Of a DNA stretch of 64,000 nt, positions 18,675 through 27,315 are shown one piece after another. Source of the DNA: an uncultured Thermoplasmata archaeon. Lineage in GTDB: Archaea > Thermoplasmatota > Thermoplasmata > Lutacidiplasmatales > UBA184. The notes beneath the pieces were generated by a model. The model ran no database searches, had not been told where the DNA came from, and was given only the letters and a program-made list of their open reading frames with translations. Position numbers and translations under genes: made by a program. How positions within the stretch are numbered: position 1 is the stretch's first letter; the number at the start of each line of letters is the position of its first letter. Location: the NCBI GenBank assembly GCA_963809035.1, contig CAWEHV010000002.1:2240361-2304360 (forward strand), read 5' to 3'.

Positions 18675-19514
18675 CTACGGCTCGGAAATCTCCCGGGAGG
18701 GGCTCGCTTCCACGCGCCGGAGCAGTTGGGTCGTGACCTCGAGGAGGGGGTGGTGCGTGCTTCGGTCAATCTCGATGTCGTCGACCGTCCGGAGGTGGTG
18801 GTCACGCGCCAGTCGCTCGAAGCCGGTCTCCTGCCGGGCGAACTCCTCGGGACGGTCGCAGGTCAGGACGAACGCCTGAAGTTGGGTCAGACCCATCTCG
18901 CGCGCGGCGAGCGCACGATGGTGTCCGTCCACGAGGATCCAGGCGTCTCCCTTCTGGACGACGAGAACGGGTTCGGCGAACCCTCGCTCGAGCTCGTAAC
19001 GCCGGCCCTCGAGCTCGTCCTCGAATACCTTCCATTGGGTCGGTGTCAGGCGCTCGATCGGGACCAGCCCCCGATGGATCGAGAACGGGAAGTGGTACCG
19101 TTCGGAGAGGAGGGTCTTCAGCGTGTCCGCCTTGGCCGGGGAGGCCCGCTCGAAGTGCGACCGGACGATGTCGAGGTTCGAGAGGACCCCGCACAATCGC
19201 CCGGTCTCGTCGATGATGGGGAGGTCCCGCAGCCCGTAGCGGAACATGATCCGGGCCGCGTCGTCCAAGGCGGTCTCCGGGGAGGCGGTGATGGTGCCGG
19301 GCCGAATGATACTCGAGAGCGGGTGGTCCCCCTCGCCGGCGTGACGGAGGAGCTCCTTCGCGCTCACGAACCCGACCAGCTTGCCCACCTTGTCCGTGAC
19401 CGGCAGTCCGTGATGGCGGCTCCGGGAGAGCTTCTCGATCGCTTCCCGGATCCGGGCCGTTCGCTGGATGTGCTCGACCTCGAGCACCATGTAGTCCCGG
19501 ACTCGGACCGTCAT
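18675..19514 (-). CDS. CBS-pair + ParB/sulfiredoxin-like nuclease domain fusion protein
   Basis: From ATG 19514 (MTVRVRDYM...): two CBS motifs (HGLPVTDKVGKLVGFVS, RDLPIIDETGRLCGVLS), then a ParB/Srx motif (AWILVDGHHRALAAREMG). Start overlaps the gmhA stop (TGATG). Confidence 0.75.
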   Translation of the reverse strand: MTVRVRDYMVLEVEHIQRTARIREAIEKLSRSRHHGLPVTDKVGKLVGFVSAKELLRHAGEGDHPLSSIIRPGTITASPETALDDAARIMFRYGLRDLPIIDETGRLCGVLSNLDIVRSHFERASPAKADTLKTLLSERYHFPFSIHRGLVPIERLTPTQWKVFEDELEGRRYELERGFAEPVLVVQKGDAWILVDGHHRALAAREMGLTQLQAFVLTCDRPEEFARQETGFERLARDHHLRTVDDIEIDRSTHHPLLEVTTQLLRRVEASPSREISEP

Positions 19515-20119
19515 CACGCCGTAGGTGGCTGCTCGTCGCGGAAGAATGCCATGAGGAAGTGGAGGACGACCAGGTGGACGTCCTCGGTGTGCTGCATGCT
19601 CTGGGACGGGACGACGAGCGGCACGTCGACCAGACCCTTCAGCTTGCCTCCTCCGATCCCCGTGAGTCCGATGGAGGCGAGTCCCATCTCTTTCGCGACC
19701 CGGACCGCCTCGAGGACGTTCGGGGAGTTCCCGCTCCCCGAGATCGCGACGACGACATCGCCCGGGGCCGCGAGGCTGCGCAGTTGCTCGGAGAAGACCC
19801 GGGAGTAATCGGCGTCGTTCGCCCACGCCATCACGCTCGGCACGTTGTCGTTGAGCGCGACGCATCGGAAGCGCTTCGTGAGGGGGCCCGGGGTCAGCGA
19901 CGGCCGCGTGCCCTTCGCGAGGTCGACCACGAAGTGCGAGGCGGTCGACGCGCTCCCTCCGTTCCCGAAGAAGAAGACCGTCCGGTCCTGCGCGCGCGCC
20001 CGGAGGAGGATCGGGACGATCCCGCGGAGCGCCTCGAGCAGGTAGGGGGCCTCGAGGGTCGCTCGGGTCTCGCTGACGTACGTCCGGAGGTACGATTCGA
20101 GGGTCGGATATTCGGTCAT
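19514..20119 (-). CDS. gmhA: D-sedoheptulose-7-phosphate isomerase (phosphoheptose isomerase)
   Basis: 201 aa, SIS fold, with FFFGNGGSASTASHF, NDADYSRVFSEQL, VVAISGSGNSPNV and HTEDVHLVVLH. Confidence 0.85.
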   Translation of the reverse strand: MTEYPTLESYLRTYVSETRATLEAPYLLEALRGIVPILLRARAQDRTVFFFGNGGSASTASHFVVDLAKGTRPSLTPGPLTKRFRCVALNDNVPSVMAWANDADYSRVFSEQLRSLAAPGDVVVAISGSGNSPNVLEAVRVAKEMGLASIGLTGIGGGKLKGLVDVPLVVPSQSMQHTEDVHLVVLHFLMAFFRDEQPPTA

Positions 20120-21093
20120 CGTCCCACGAATAGGATACGCGACCCTTCCGGGGTGATCCGCACCGAGAGCCGCTGCATGTGCGAGAGGGCGGCCGCTATT
20201 TGATGGCTCCTCTCGGGGGGGTGGAGGAGCAGGAGGAATCCGCCTCCGCCGGCGCCGGTGATCTTCCCTCCGTACGCCCCCGCGGCGCGCGCCGCCTCGT
20301 ATTGCGCGTCGATCTCCGCGGTCGAGATCCCGTCGGCGAGGCCCCGTTTGAGACCCCAGCCCTCGTCCAGGGTCGCACCGAGCGCCGCCCAGTCAGCGCG
20401 GATGATCGCGTCCCGCGCCTCGCCCGCCAAGTCCCTCATCCGAACGAGCGCATCCAGGTTCGTGCGGGTCCGCTCGCTCTGGTTCTTGAGGATCCCCTCC
20501 GCGTGGCGGGTGACCCCGGTGTAGAAGAGGGACAGGTGGTCGGAGAGGGCCTCCCGGTCGACGTTCGAGAGGGGGAGGGGGGAGGCCCGGACCGTGTCGT
20601 CCGGCCGGAACTCGAAGTAGTGCACGCCCCCGAAGGCCGCGATGTAATCGTCCTGCCGTCCGAGGGCGCCTCCGAGGCGGTCGATCTCGATCCGGCAAGC
20701 CTCCTCCGCGAGCTCCGCCGGCCCTTTCAGGACGCCGCGAAAGGCGTGGAGGGCGTTCAGCAGGCCCACGGTCAGCGTAGAAGAGGAGCCGAGTCCCGTC
20801 CCCTCGGACGGAATGTCGGCGATCGTATGGATCTCGAGGGAGTCAGAGACCCCGGTGAGCCGCATCGCCTCCTTGACGATCCCATGCTGGAGCTGCTCCA
20901 GCCGGTCGACATTCTCGGTCCGGGAGTACGCGACGCGGATCGACCGGTCGAACTTCTCGTTCACCAGGACGTGGATGTACTTGTCGATCGCCGCGCTGGT
21001 GACCGCCCCTCCGGCGTGGTGCCGGTAGAACGACGGCAGGTCGGTCCCCCCGCCCGCGAAGCTGATGCGGAGCGGAGTACGGGTGATGATCAC
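20116..21093 (-). CDS. GHMP-family sugar kinase, D-glycero-D-manno-heptose-7-phosphate kinase-like
   Basis: MIITRTPLRISFAGGGTDLPSFY and the GHMP motif PSEGTGLGSSSTLTVG. 4-nt overlap with gmhA. Confidence 0.8.
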   Translation of the reverse strand: MIITRTPLRISFAGGGTDLPSFYRHHAGGAVTSAAIDKYIHVLVNEKFDRSIRVAYSRTENVDRLEQLQHGIVKEAMRLTGVSDSLEIHTIADIPSEGTGLGSSSTLTVGLLNALHAFRGVLKGPAELAEEACRIEIDRLGGALGRQDDYIAAFGGVHYFEFRPDDTVRASPLPLSNVDREALSDHLSLFYTGVTRHAEGILKNQSERTRTNLDALVRMRDLAGEARDAIIRADWAALGATLDEGWGLKRGLADGISTAEIDAQYEAARAAGAYGGKITGAGGGGFLLLLHPPERSHQIAAALSHMQRLSVRITPEGSRILFVGR

Positions 21094-21126
21094 GGCCGGT
21101 CGAGCGGCCCCGGCGCTTATTATCTA

Positions 21127-23097
21127 TTATGGAGGGGGCGGCGCCGGGTCGGACGGGCGCGGCGGAGCGACTCGCCCCGCGGCAGCCGACCATCGTGCCC
21201 GGCGGGCCCCGTAGAAGTTGCGGGTGGTCGCCCCCAGGTCGTGGATCGGTTCGAGCCCCGGCAGCCATTTCGCGAACGTGGGGGCCCGCTTGTCCAGGAT
21301 GATTGCGAGGCCGCGGTCGTTCTCCGAGCGGATCATTCGGCCGCAGGCCTGGACGATTGAGCGCGCGGCCGGCGCCTCGACCGTATACTCCCACCCCCGG
21401 CCCGTGGTCGCGTCCAGGAACTCCCGCAGCGCCGAGCGCTTGGCGGTCGGCTTGGGGTAGGGGATCCCCACCATCACGACCGCCTCGAGCTCCTCGTCAG
21501 GGTAGTCGATCCCCTCGGCGAGCCGGCCTCCTGCGACCCCCAGCAGCACGGTGCCCTCGGGGTCCCGCTTCCATCCTTCGATCGAGCGCCAGAGGTCACC
21601 GGTCGGCATCTTGGAGAACTCGACAAAGACGTTCCCTGGCAGCGCCGACTGAAGGCCCGCGTCCAGGACCCGCTGGAGGAGGTCGAAGCTCGGGAAGAAG
21701 ACCGCCGTCTTGACCGGCAGGCAGGACAGGACCTCCACCAGGCGGTCGGCGAGCCGGGCCACGGCATGCGGGTCCCGGCGGAGGTCTTCGAACCGGGTCG
21801 TCACGCTCGGGTCGTAGAGGTAGCGGCGGTTCTCCGGCGGGAAGTGGGAGGGAACGTCCAGGAGGCGGGCGGTCGCGCCCAGCCCGAGGGCATCGCGGTA
21901 CTCCTCGAGCGGGGCGAGCGTGCCAGAGAGGTGGATCGACGTGTGGCACTCGAGGATCCCCTGCGCGGGTACGGACGCGTCGAGCGCGTAGGCCTCGAGC
22001 GCCGGCCGTGGGGTGCGCGTAGCGACCTTCACGTACCCCGGGGGTTCGAGCTGGGGCCAGGACAGGAGCGTCAGCGCGACCGTGTGGGCCCACGAACGCG
22101 GGAGATGGCGCTCGCGCCGTCGCTCCTCGCGGAGGTTCTCCCCCCAGGTGGCCAGCGCCCCGAGCCACGTGTCGAGTCGATGGGTCGTGCCGCCGAGGGC
22201 GGTGAGCAGCGCATCCTCGAAGACCGAGGGAGGGAGCACCGCATCTTCCTCCCGCACCAGCGCGTGGACCAGCTCCTCGACGGCCGCCCCGACGATATCG
22301 AGGAGGCGCGTGGCACTGGGGCCGTCGGGCAACTGGAAGTCTCCCCGCTCCGCGACCTCGCTGCGCGCCCGCCGGACCGATTCCTGGGGGAGGGACACGG
22401 TCGCGAGGTCCCGCAGATGGCTCGGTAGGTTGTGCGCCTCGTCGATGACGAGGTCGACCCGGTCCGGGGTGAGCTCCATCCACCGGTAGAGCGCCTTGCG
22501 GATGTGCGGATGGAAGAAGAACGCGTACGGGGCGGTGACGACGCGGGAGCGGGGGATGAGGCGTTTCGCGAGCTCGTAGGCGCACAGGTTCTCCTCCCGT
22601 GCGAACGTGTCGAACTCTCCGGGCGTGGGGAGCTTTGCTCCGAAGCGCTCCAGCACCGTCTCGACGTCCGTCTGGAGGACCCGGGCGTAGTACGGACAGC
22701 CGTCTAGGTCCGTGAGGTCGATCTCGCCCCCCTCCGGGAGCTCCGGAGCCGGCACGAGGGGTGCCTCACCGGCCATGGCCCGCTCGGTCGTCCGCTTCCG
22801 GTCGGCGCACAGCTTGCCGTGCTCCTCGGCGGTCGCCCCCTTCACCTCGGCGACATTCTCGAGCAGGAAGCAGCGCCGGGCCCGACCCTGCAGTCCGATC
22901 GCGAACAGCGGTCGGTCCAGGCGATGGGCGATTGTGCGGGCCTCCTGGAGCACCTGCACCTCCTGGGAGTGCGTCCGGACGAGGTAGAGGATCTTGTGGT
23001 CGGCCGCCTCCGCATGCTCGAGCAGGGGGGCGAGGGTCGCCACGGTCTTTCCGCTGCCCGTGGGGGCGTTGATCAGAAGGGGCCCACCGCGCTGCAC
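21127..23097 (-). CDS. XPD/Rad3-family 5'-3' DNA helicase with FeS-cluster domain
   Basis: Walker A NAPTGSGKT, DEAH box (VIDEAHNL), four-Cys FeS domain (RRCF..., KLCADRK, LDGCPYY, NLCAYE) and C-terminal helicase motifs. GTG start at 23097. The true start may be upstream (see finding). Confidence 0.9.
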   Translation of the reverse strand: MQRGGPLLINAPTGSGKTVATLAPLLEHAEAADHKILYLVRTHSQEVQVLQEARTIAHRLDRPLFAIGLQGRARRCFLLENVAEVKGATAEEHGKLCADRKRTTERAMAGEAPLVPAPELPEGGEIDLTDLDGCPYYARVLQTDVETVLERFGAKLPTPGEFDTFAREENLCAYELAKRLIPRSRVVTAPYAFFFHPHIRKALYRWMELTPDRVDLVIDEAHNLPSHLRDLATVSLPQESVRRARSEVAERGDFQLPDGPSATRLLDIVGAAVEELVHALVREEDAVLPPSVFEDALLTALGGTTHRLDTWLGALATWGENLREERRRERHLPRSWAHTVALTLLSWPQLEPPGYVKVATRTPRPALEAYALDASVPAQGILECHTSIHLSGTLAPLEEYRDALGLGATARLLDVPSHFPPENRRYLYDPSVTTRFEDLRRDPHAVARLADRLVEVLSCLPVKTAVFFPSFDLLQRVLDAGLQSALPGNVFVEFSKMPTGDLWRSIEGWKRDPEGTVLLGVAGGRLAEGIDYPDEELEAVVMVGIPYPKPTAKRSALREFLDATTGRGWEYTVEAPAARSIVQACGRMIRSENDRGLAIILDKRAPTFAKWLPGLEPIHDLGATTRNFYGARRARWSAAAGRVAPPRPSDPAPPPP

Positions 23098-23295
23098 GAT
23101 CTCCGCGACCTCGGAGAGGATGCGGTCCTGGCCCGGCCGTACACGGTACGGGAACAGGTGGGAAGGCCCGGTAGTGGAGGTTGCGCTCGGCGTAGACCCG
23201 GCTCCGGCGTTCCCAGCCCGCGGTCGGGGTTTTAAGGTGAGCCTTGAGTGGAACGGTGCCGAGCTCGGGACGGGCGCCGGAGGGCGCGTTCCGGC

Positions 23296-23616
23296 CTACC
23301 CGTAGGTGTACTTCACGCCGTACGGGCCGCGGGGGTGCGTCCAGGTGACCGACCCCTGGTCGCAAGCGATGTCGCACGCGCCGCACTCCACGCAATCCTC
23401 GTAGCGGAACACCAGCCGCCCCTCGATCCGCTCGTAGCACTGGGCGGGGCAGACGAACGTGCAGAACGAGTGGGGGCACTTCGCACAGATCTCGGGCTTG
23501 ACCGTGATGTGGGCATGCTCCTTCGAGTCCGTGACATAGCGGAGGGTCCCGAGCCGCCGTTTGATCTCGATGAACCCGGCGGGGGGAGGGGTCGGAGAAG
23601 CCATCGGTTCGGTCAT
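23296..23616 (-). CDS. FixX-like ferredoxin
   Basis: 106 aa with HITVKPEICAKCPHSFCTFVCPAQCY ... CVECGACDIAC ... WTHPRGPYGVKYTYG, the FixX family pattern. Confidence 0.8.
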   Translation of the reverse strand: MTEPMASPTPPPAGFIEIKRRLGTLRYVTDSKEHAHITVKPEICAKCPHSFCTFVCPAQCYERIEGRLVFRYEDCVECGACDIACDQGSVTWTHPRGPYGVKYTYG

Positions 23617-23630
23617 CGTCCGTTTCCGTC

Positions 23631-24599
23631 CTACGGAGGGAGCGCGGAGAGGATGCGGAGGTCCTCCCGGACCGCCGCCGCGCTCGCGGCGAACGCCGTC
23701 CGCTCCCCCGGGGTGAGGTCGACCTCAACGACCCGCTCTACCCCGGCGCGGCCGAGGATCGCGGGAACTCCGGTGTAGACGTCCCGCTCACCGAACTCCC
23801 CATCCAGGTGGGCGCTCACCGGCAGGAGGCGGTGCTCGTCCCGGGCGATCGCCCGGACCAGTTCGGCCTGGGACGCCGTGGGGGCGTAGAAGGCGCTCCC
23901 GGTCTTCAGGAGATTGACGATCTCCCCTCCGCCCTGCTTCGTCCGTTCGACGATCGCAGCGAGACGGTCGGCCGGCAGCAGCTTCTGGAGTGGGACCCCC
24001 GAGACGCTGGTGAGGGAGAGGACCGGCACCATCGTATCCCCGTGGCTTCCGAGGACGAAGCCGGTGACGTCCCGCGGGGCCACGCCCAGCGCGTCGGCGA
24101 CGAACCAGCGGAACCGGGCCGTGTCGAGCGTCCCGGACTCCCCAAAGACGCGCGCCGGCGGGAATCCCGTGATTTTGCGGAACCAGTACGTCATCGCATC
24201 GACCGGGTTGGTGACGACGACCACGGTGGCGTTGGGGGCCTTCGCCCGAACCGCCTCGGCATGGCCCCGGACGATGGAGGCGTTCTTCCCCAAGAGGTCC
24301 GACCGACTCATTCCCGGCTTGCGGGCGAGGCCGGCGGTCTCGACGACCACGTCCGAGCCCGCAATGGCCTCGAGGGAGGTGGATCCGGTCACCCGGGTGC
24401 CGAACCCCAGGATGGGGGCCGACTCCTGGATGTCCAGGGCCTTCCCCTGCGGGAGACCCTCGATGATGTCGACCAGGACGACCTCCCGGGCCAGGTCCAT
24501 CTCCGCGAGGCGCTGGGCGAGCGATCCACCGATATTCCCGGCTCCCAGCACGACGACCTTCCCCAAACCGGTCATGGCGGTCCCCTTGGGCGAGTTCAC
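23631..24599 (-). CDS. mdh: Malate dehydrogenase (LDH-like family)
   Basis: VVVLGAGNIGGS Rossmann motif, GLARKPGMSRSDLL (Arg at the substrate-specificity position), VVVVTNPVD and GSHGDTMVP. Confidence 0.9.
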   Translation of the reverse strand: MNSPKGTAMTGLGKVVVLGAGNIGGSLAQRLAEMDLAREVVLVDIIEGLPQGKALDIQESAPILGFGTRVTGSTSLEAIAGSDVVVETAGLARKPGMSRSDLLGKNASIVRGHAEAVRAKAPNATVVVVTNPVDAMTYWFRKITGFPPARVFGESGTLDTARFRWFVADALGVAPRDVTGFVLGSHGDTMVPVLSLTSVSGVPLQKLLPADRLAAIVERTKQGGGEIVNLLKTGSAFYAPTASQAELVRAIARDEHRLLPVSAHLDGEFGERDVYTGVPAILGRAGVERVVEVDLTPGERTAFAASAAAVREDLRILSALPP

Positions 24600-24664
24600 C
24601 CGTCTCCCGCCTTTAGCCTCTCGCCCCCGCCCCGAGGGAAGGGGGCCGGGCGTCGAGCGAAAGG

Positions 24665-24946
24665 TTGATTCTCGCTCCGGGCTCCTCCGAAGCTGGCATG
24701 GTCGACACCGAATCCGTCCTGCTCAACGTGCAGGAGCGGGAAAAGTGGCGGCGGCGGATGGACCTGCTGGACCGGACCCTCGTGGAGCTACGGACCCAGC
24801 GGCGCCGGGTCGAGACCCGGCTCCAGCGCATACGTCGCGAGATCGCCCGGCTGCGCGTCGCAGCGGATGCGGTCGTGGAGTTCGGCGGTCGCGCGCAGCC
24901 AGGGAGGATGGATGCCCGGCAGGGGATCCCTCTCACTTACCGATAG
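24665..24946 (+). CDS. Hypothetical coiled-coil protein (start probably ATG 24698)
   Basis: Heptad-like Arg/Glu/Leu-rich sequence (EREKWRRRMDLLDRTLVELRTQRRRVETRLQRIRREIARL). No family recognised. Confidence 0.35.
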   Translation: MILAPGSSEAGMVDTESVLLNVQEREKWRRRMDLLDRTLVELRTQRRRVETRLQRIRREIARLRVAADAVVEFGGRAQPGRMDARQGIPLTYR

Positions 24947-25142
24947 GATCGAGACCCTGCGAGGGGGCGAGCGCGAGCTCCTCGCGGAGATCGACCGACT
25001 GAAGCGGGAGGAGCGGTACATCCTCCTCAAGGTCCGGCAGGCCCGCGAGCAGGTTCGGTACTACGAGAGCCTTCTCTCACTGCTCCGGCGGGACTGGGGG
25101 AAGACGCCGGGGCTCTCCGAGCTCATCCGACGGCTCGGCTAG
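24867..25142 (+). CDS. Hypothetical coiled-coil protein (start uncertain, overlaps previous ORF)
   Basis: TDRIETLRGGERELLAEIDRLKREERYILLKVRQAREQVRYYESLLSLL. Could be a second small gene or the out-of-frame continuation of the previous one. Confidence 0.35.
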   Translation: MRSWSSAVARSQGGWMPGRGSLSLTDRIETLRGGERELLAEIDRLKREERYILLKVRQAREQVRYYESLLSLLRRDWGKTPGLSELIRRLG

Positions 25143-25157
25143 GCACCGGGGGTCGCC

Positions 25158-26108
25158 GTGCGGGTCGTGGTGTTCGCCGCCGGTGCCATCGGCAGCCTGC
25201 TCGGCGCGTCACTCGCCCACGCGGGACACACGGTCCTCCTCGTGGGTCGCCCCGACCATGTCGAAGCGATCCGTGCGGACGGACTCCGGGTCACCGGGAC
25301 GCTCGTCGAGACCGCCGAGCTCCGCGCCGAGACATCCGTCCCCCCGGATTTCGTACCCGAGGCGATCCTCCTCACTGCCAAGACATTCGACCTACCGGCG
25401 TCGGCGAGCCTTCTCGGGATCGAGGTCCCCACGCCCGTGCCGACCCTTCTCCCACAGAATGGGCTCGGGGTCGAGGAGCCGGTCCGGACCGCCCTCAGCG
25501 CAAGTGGATGGAGCCACCCCGAGCGGTGGGTGGTCCGCGCGGTGAACTCGATCCCGGCCACGCTCCTCGGTCCGGGGGCGGTCCGAGCAGCGGGCGCGGG
25601 AGAGCTCGTGCTCGGTCGGGCCCGCGGGCCGGCCGCCGCCGCGACCCGGACCCTCACCCGGCTCTTCCGTGGCACGGAGATCTCCGTGCGCACGGTGGAC
25701 GACCTCGAACGCGCGGTGTGGCGGAAGGCGCTCATCAACGCGGCGATCAATCCTGTGACCGCGCTCCATGGGGTGCCGAACGGACGCCTGCTCGAGGAGC
25801 CCTACCGGACCGAGTCGAGGGCGTTGCTGGGCGAAGCCCTCGCGACTGCGCGCGCCGTCGGGTTCGACTTCCGGGAGAAGGAGGTGCGCTCCGACCTCGA
25901 CCGGGTCCTCCGGGCGACCGCCGACAACCGCTCCAGCATGCTGCAAGACCTCGACCGAGGACGCCGTACCGAGATCCAGGCCATCTCTGGGGAGATCCTG
26001 CGTCAAGGCACGGCGAAGGGTCTCGACCTCCCGGCGACCCGGAAGGCGGTCGATGCGATCCGCGCCCATTCGCCCGGGGGCTCGCTGGCCCGGGGACAAG
26101 TGTCATAG
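25158..26108 (+). CDS. panE: 2-dehydropantoate 2-reductase (ketopantoate reductase)
   Basis: 316 aa with an N-terminal VVVFAAGAIGSLLG Rossmann motif, WRKALINAAINPVTAL and SSMLQDLDRGRRTEI. Confidence 0.85.
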   Translation: MRVVVFAAGAIGSLLGASLAHAGHTVLLVGRPDHVEAIRADGLRVTGTLVETAELRAETSVPPDFVPEAILLTAKTFDLPASASLLGIEVPTPVPTLLPQNGLGVEEPVRTALSASGWSHPERWVVRAVNSIPATLLGPGAVRAAGAGELVLGRARGPAAAATRTLTRLFRGTEISVRTVDDLERAVWRKALINAAINPVTALHGVPNGRLLEEPYRTESRALLGEALATARAVGFDFREKEVRSDLDRVLRATADNRSSMLQDLDRGRRTEIQAISGEILRQGTAKGLDLPATRKAVDAIRAHSPGGSLARGQVS

Positions 26109-26136
26109 GTCCCGGCTCCTCGCGCCACCGGTCCTC

Positions 26137-27315
26137 ATGGCGAAGCGTGGGATGCAGGCGGCTCCCGTCCACGGGCGACGGGTCCTCGTGCGGGTCGACT
26201 TTAACGTCCCCCAGCAGCCGAACGGCCAGATCGCCGACGACCGGCGGATCGTCGAGGCGCTCCCGACCCTCCATCACCTCGGTGCCGCCGGATCCCGGAC
26301 GATCCTGATGTCGCATCTCGGGCGCCCCGAAGGCCTCAAGGATCCGCGCTTCAGCCTCCGCCCCGTCGCGCATCGGCTCAGCGCGCTGCTCGGTCAGCCG
26401 GTCCCCCTCGCGGCGGACGTCGTGGGCATCGAGGCGCTCGAGCTCTCCGCGCGGCTCCAGAACGGTCAGTTCCTCCTGCTCGAGAACTTGCGGTTTCATC
26501 CGGGCGAGGAGGCGAACGACCCGGCCTTCGCGGCCCAGCTCGCCCGGCTGGGGGAACTGTTCATCGAAGACGCCTTCGGCACCGTCCACCGGGCGCACGC
26601 GTCGACCGTCGGGGTACCGAAGCTCCTGCCCTCGTTCGCCGGCCTTCTCGTCGAGCGGGAGGTTCGCGAGCTCTCTCGCCTCGTCCGTTCACCGGCGCGT
26701 CCGTATGTCGTGGTCGTCGGCGGCGCGAAGGTCAAGGACAAGTTGCCCCTCCTCACGAGCTTCCTCGGCCGGGCCGACCGGCTCCTCATCGGAGGCGCGC
26801 TCGCGAACCCGTTCCTGGCCGCCGCCGGGGCGAACCTCGGGGCGACCCCTCCTCAAGCCGGGCTGGAGACGGCGGTCGCCGACTTCCTCCGGGCGGCCAA
26901 TGCCGCGCACACGGAGGTGTTGTTCCCGACGGACGTCGTGGTCGAACGTCCCGGCCGCGCCGAGGCCGAGACCTACCCACTCGGCCAGATCCCACCCGAC
27001 GCGCTGGTCCAGGATATCGGACCCGCGACCCGGACCCGATTCATCGAGGGGCTCGCGGGATCGAAGACCGTCTTCTGGAACGGCCCGCTGGGCCGGGCGG
27101 AAGACGCCCGGTTCGCGGAAGGAACCCGGGCCGTGCTCGGGTCGCTGCAGGGGATCGACGGCTACCATGTCGCGGCGGGCGGGGATTCCGCGCGGCTCGC
27201 GCAGGACCTGGGGGTCACCGGCGGGTTCCAGTTCGTGTCGACCGGCGGTGGGGCGGCCCTCGAGTTCGTGGAGGGGCTCGAACTCCCTGGGCTCGCGGTC
27301 CTTCCCGACGAATGA
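26137..27315 (+). CDS. pgk: Phosphoglycerate kinase
   Basis: From ATG 26137: RVLVRVDFNVP, ILMSHLGRP, VVVGGAKVKDK, FWNGPLG, STGGGA. The upstream part of track ORF 25768..27315 overlaps panE and is spurious. Confidence 0.92.
   Translation: MAKRGMQAAPVHGRRVLVRVDFNVPQQPNGQIADDRRIVEALPTLHHLGAAGSRTILMSHLGRPEGLKDPRFSLRPVAHRLSALLGQPVPLAADVVGIEALELSARLQNGQFLLLENLRFHPGEEANDPAFAAQLARLGELFIEDAFGTVHRAHASTVGVPKLLPSFAGLLVEREVRELSRLVRSPARPYVVVVGGAKVKDKLPLLTSFLGRADRLLIGGALANPFLAAAGANLGATPPQAGLETAVADFLRAANAAHTEVLFPTDVVVERPGRAEAETYPLGQIPPDALVQDIGPATRTRFIEGLAGSKTVFWNGPLGRAEDARFAEGTRAVLGSLQGIDGYHVAAGGDSARLAQDLGVTGGFQFVSTGGGAALEFVEGLELPGLAVLPDE

Noticed and set aside
21596-23728. Alternative-frame ORFs over XPD and fixX (21596..22585 -, 22766..23728 -)
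   Set aside because: Both are out of frame with well-supported genes and have Arg/Pro/Gly-rich composition.
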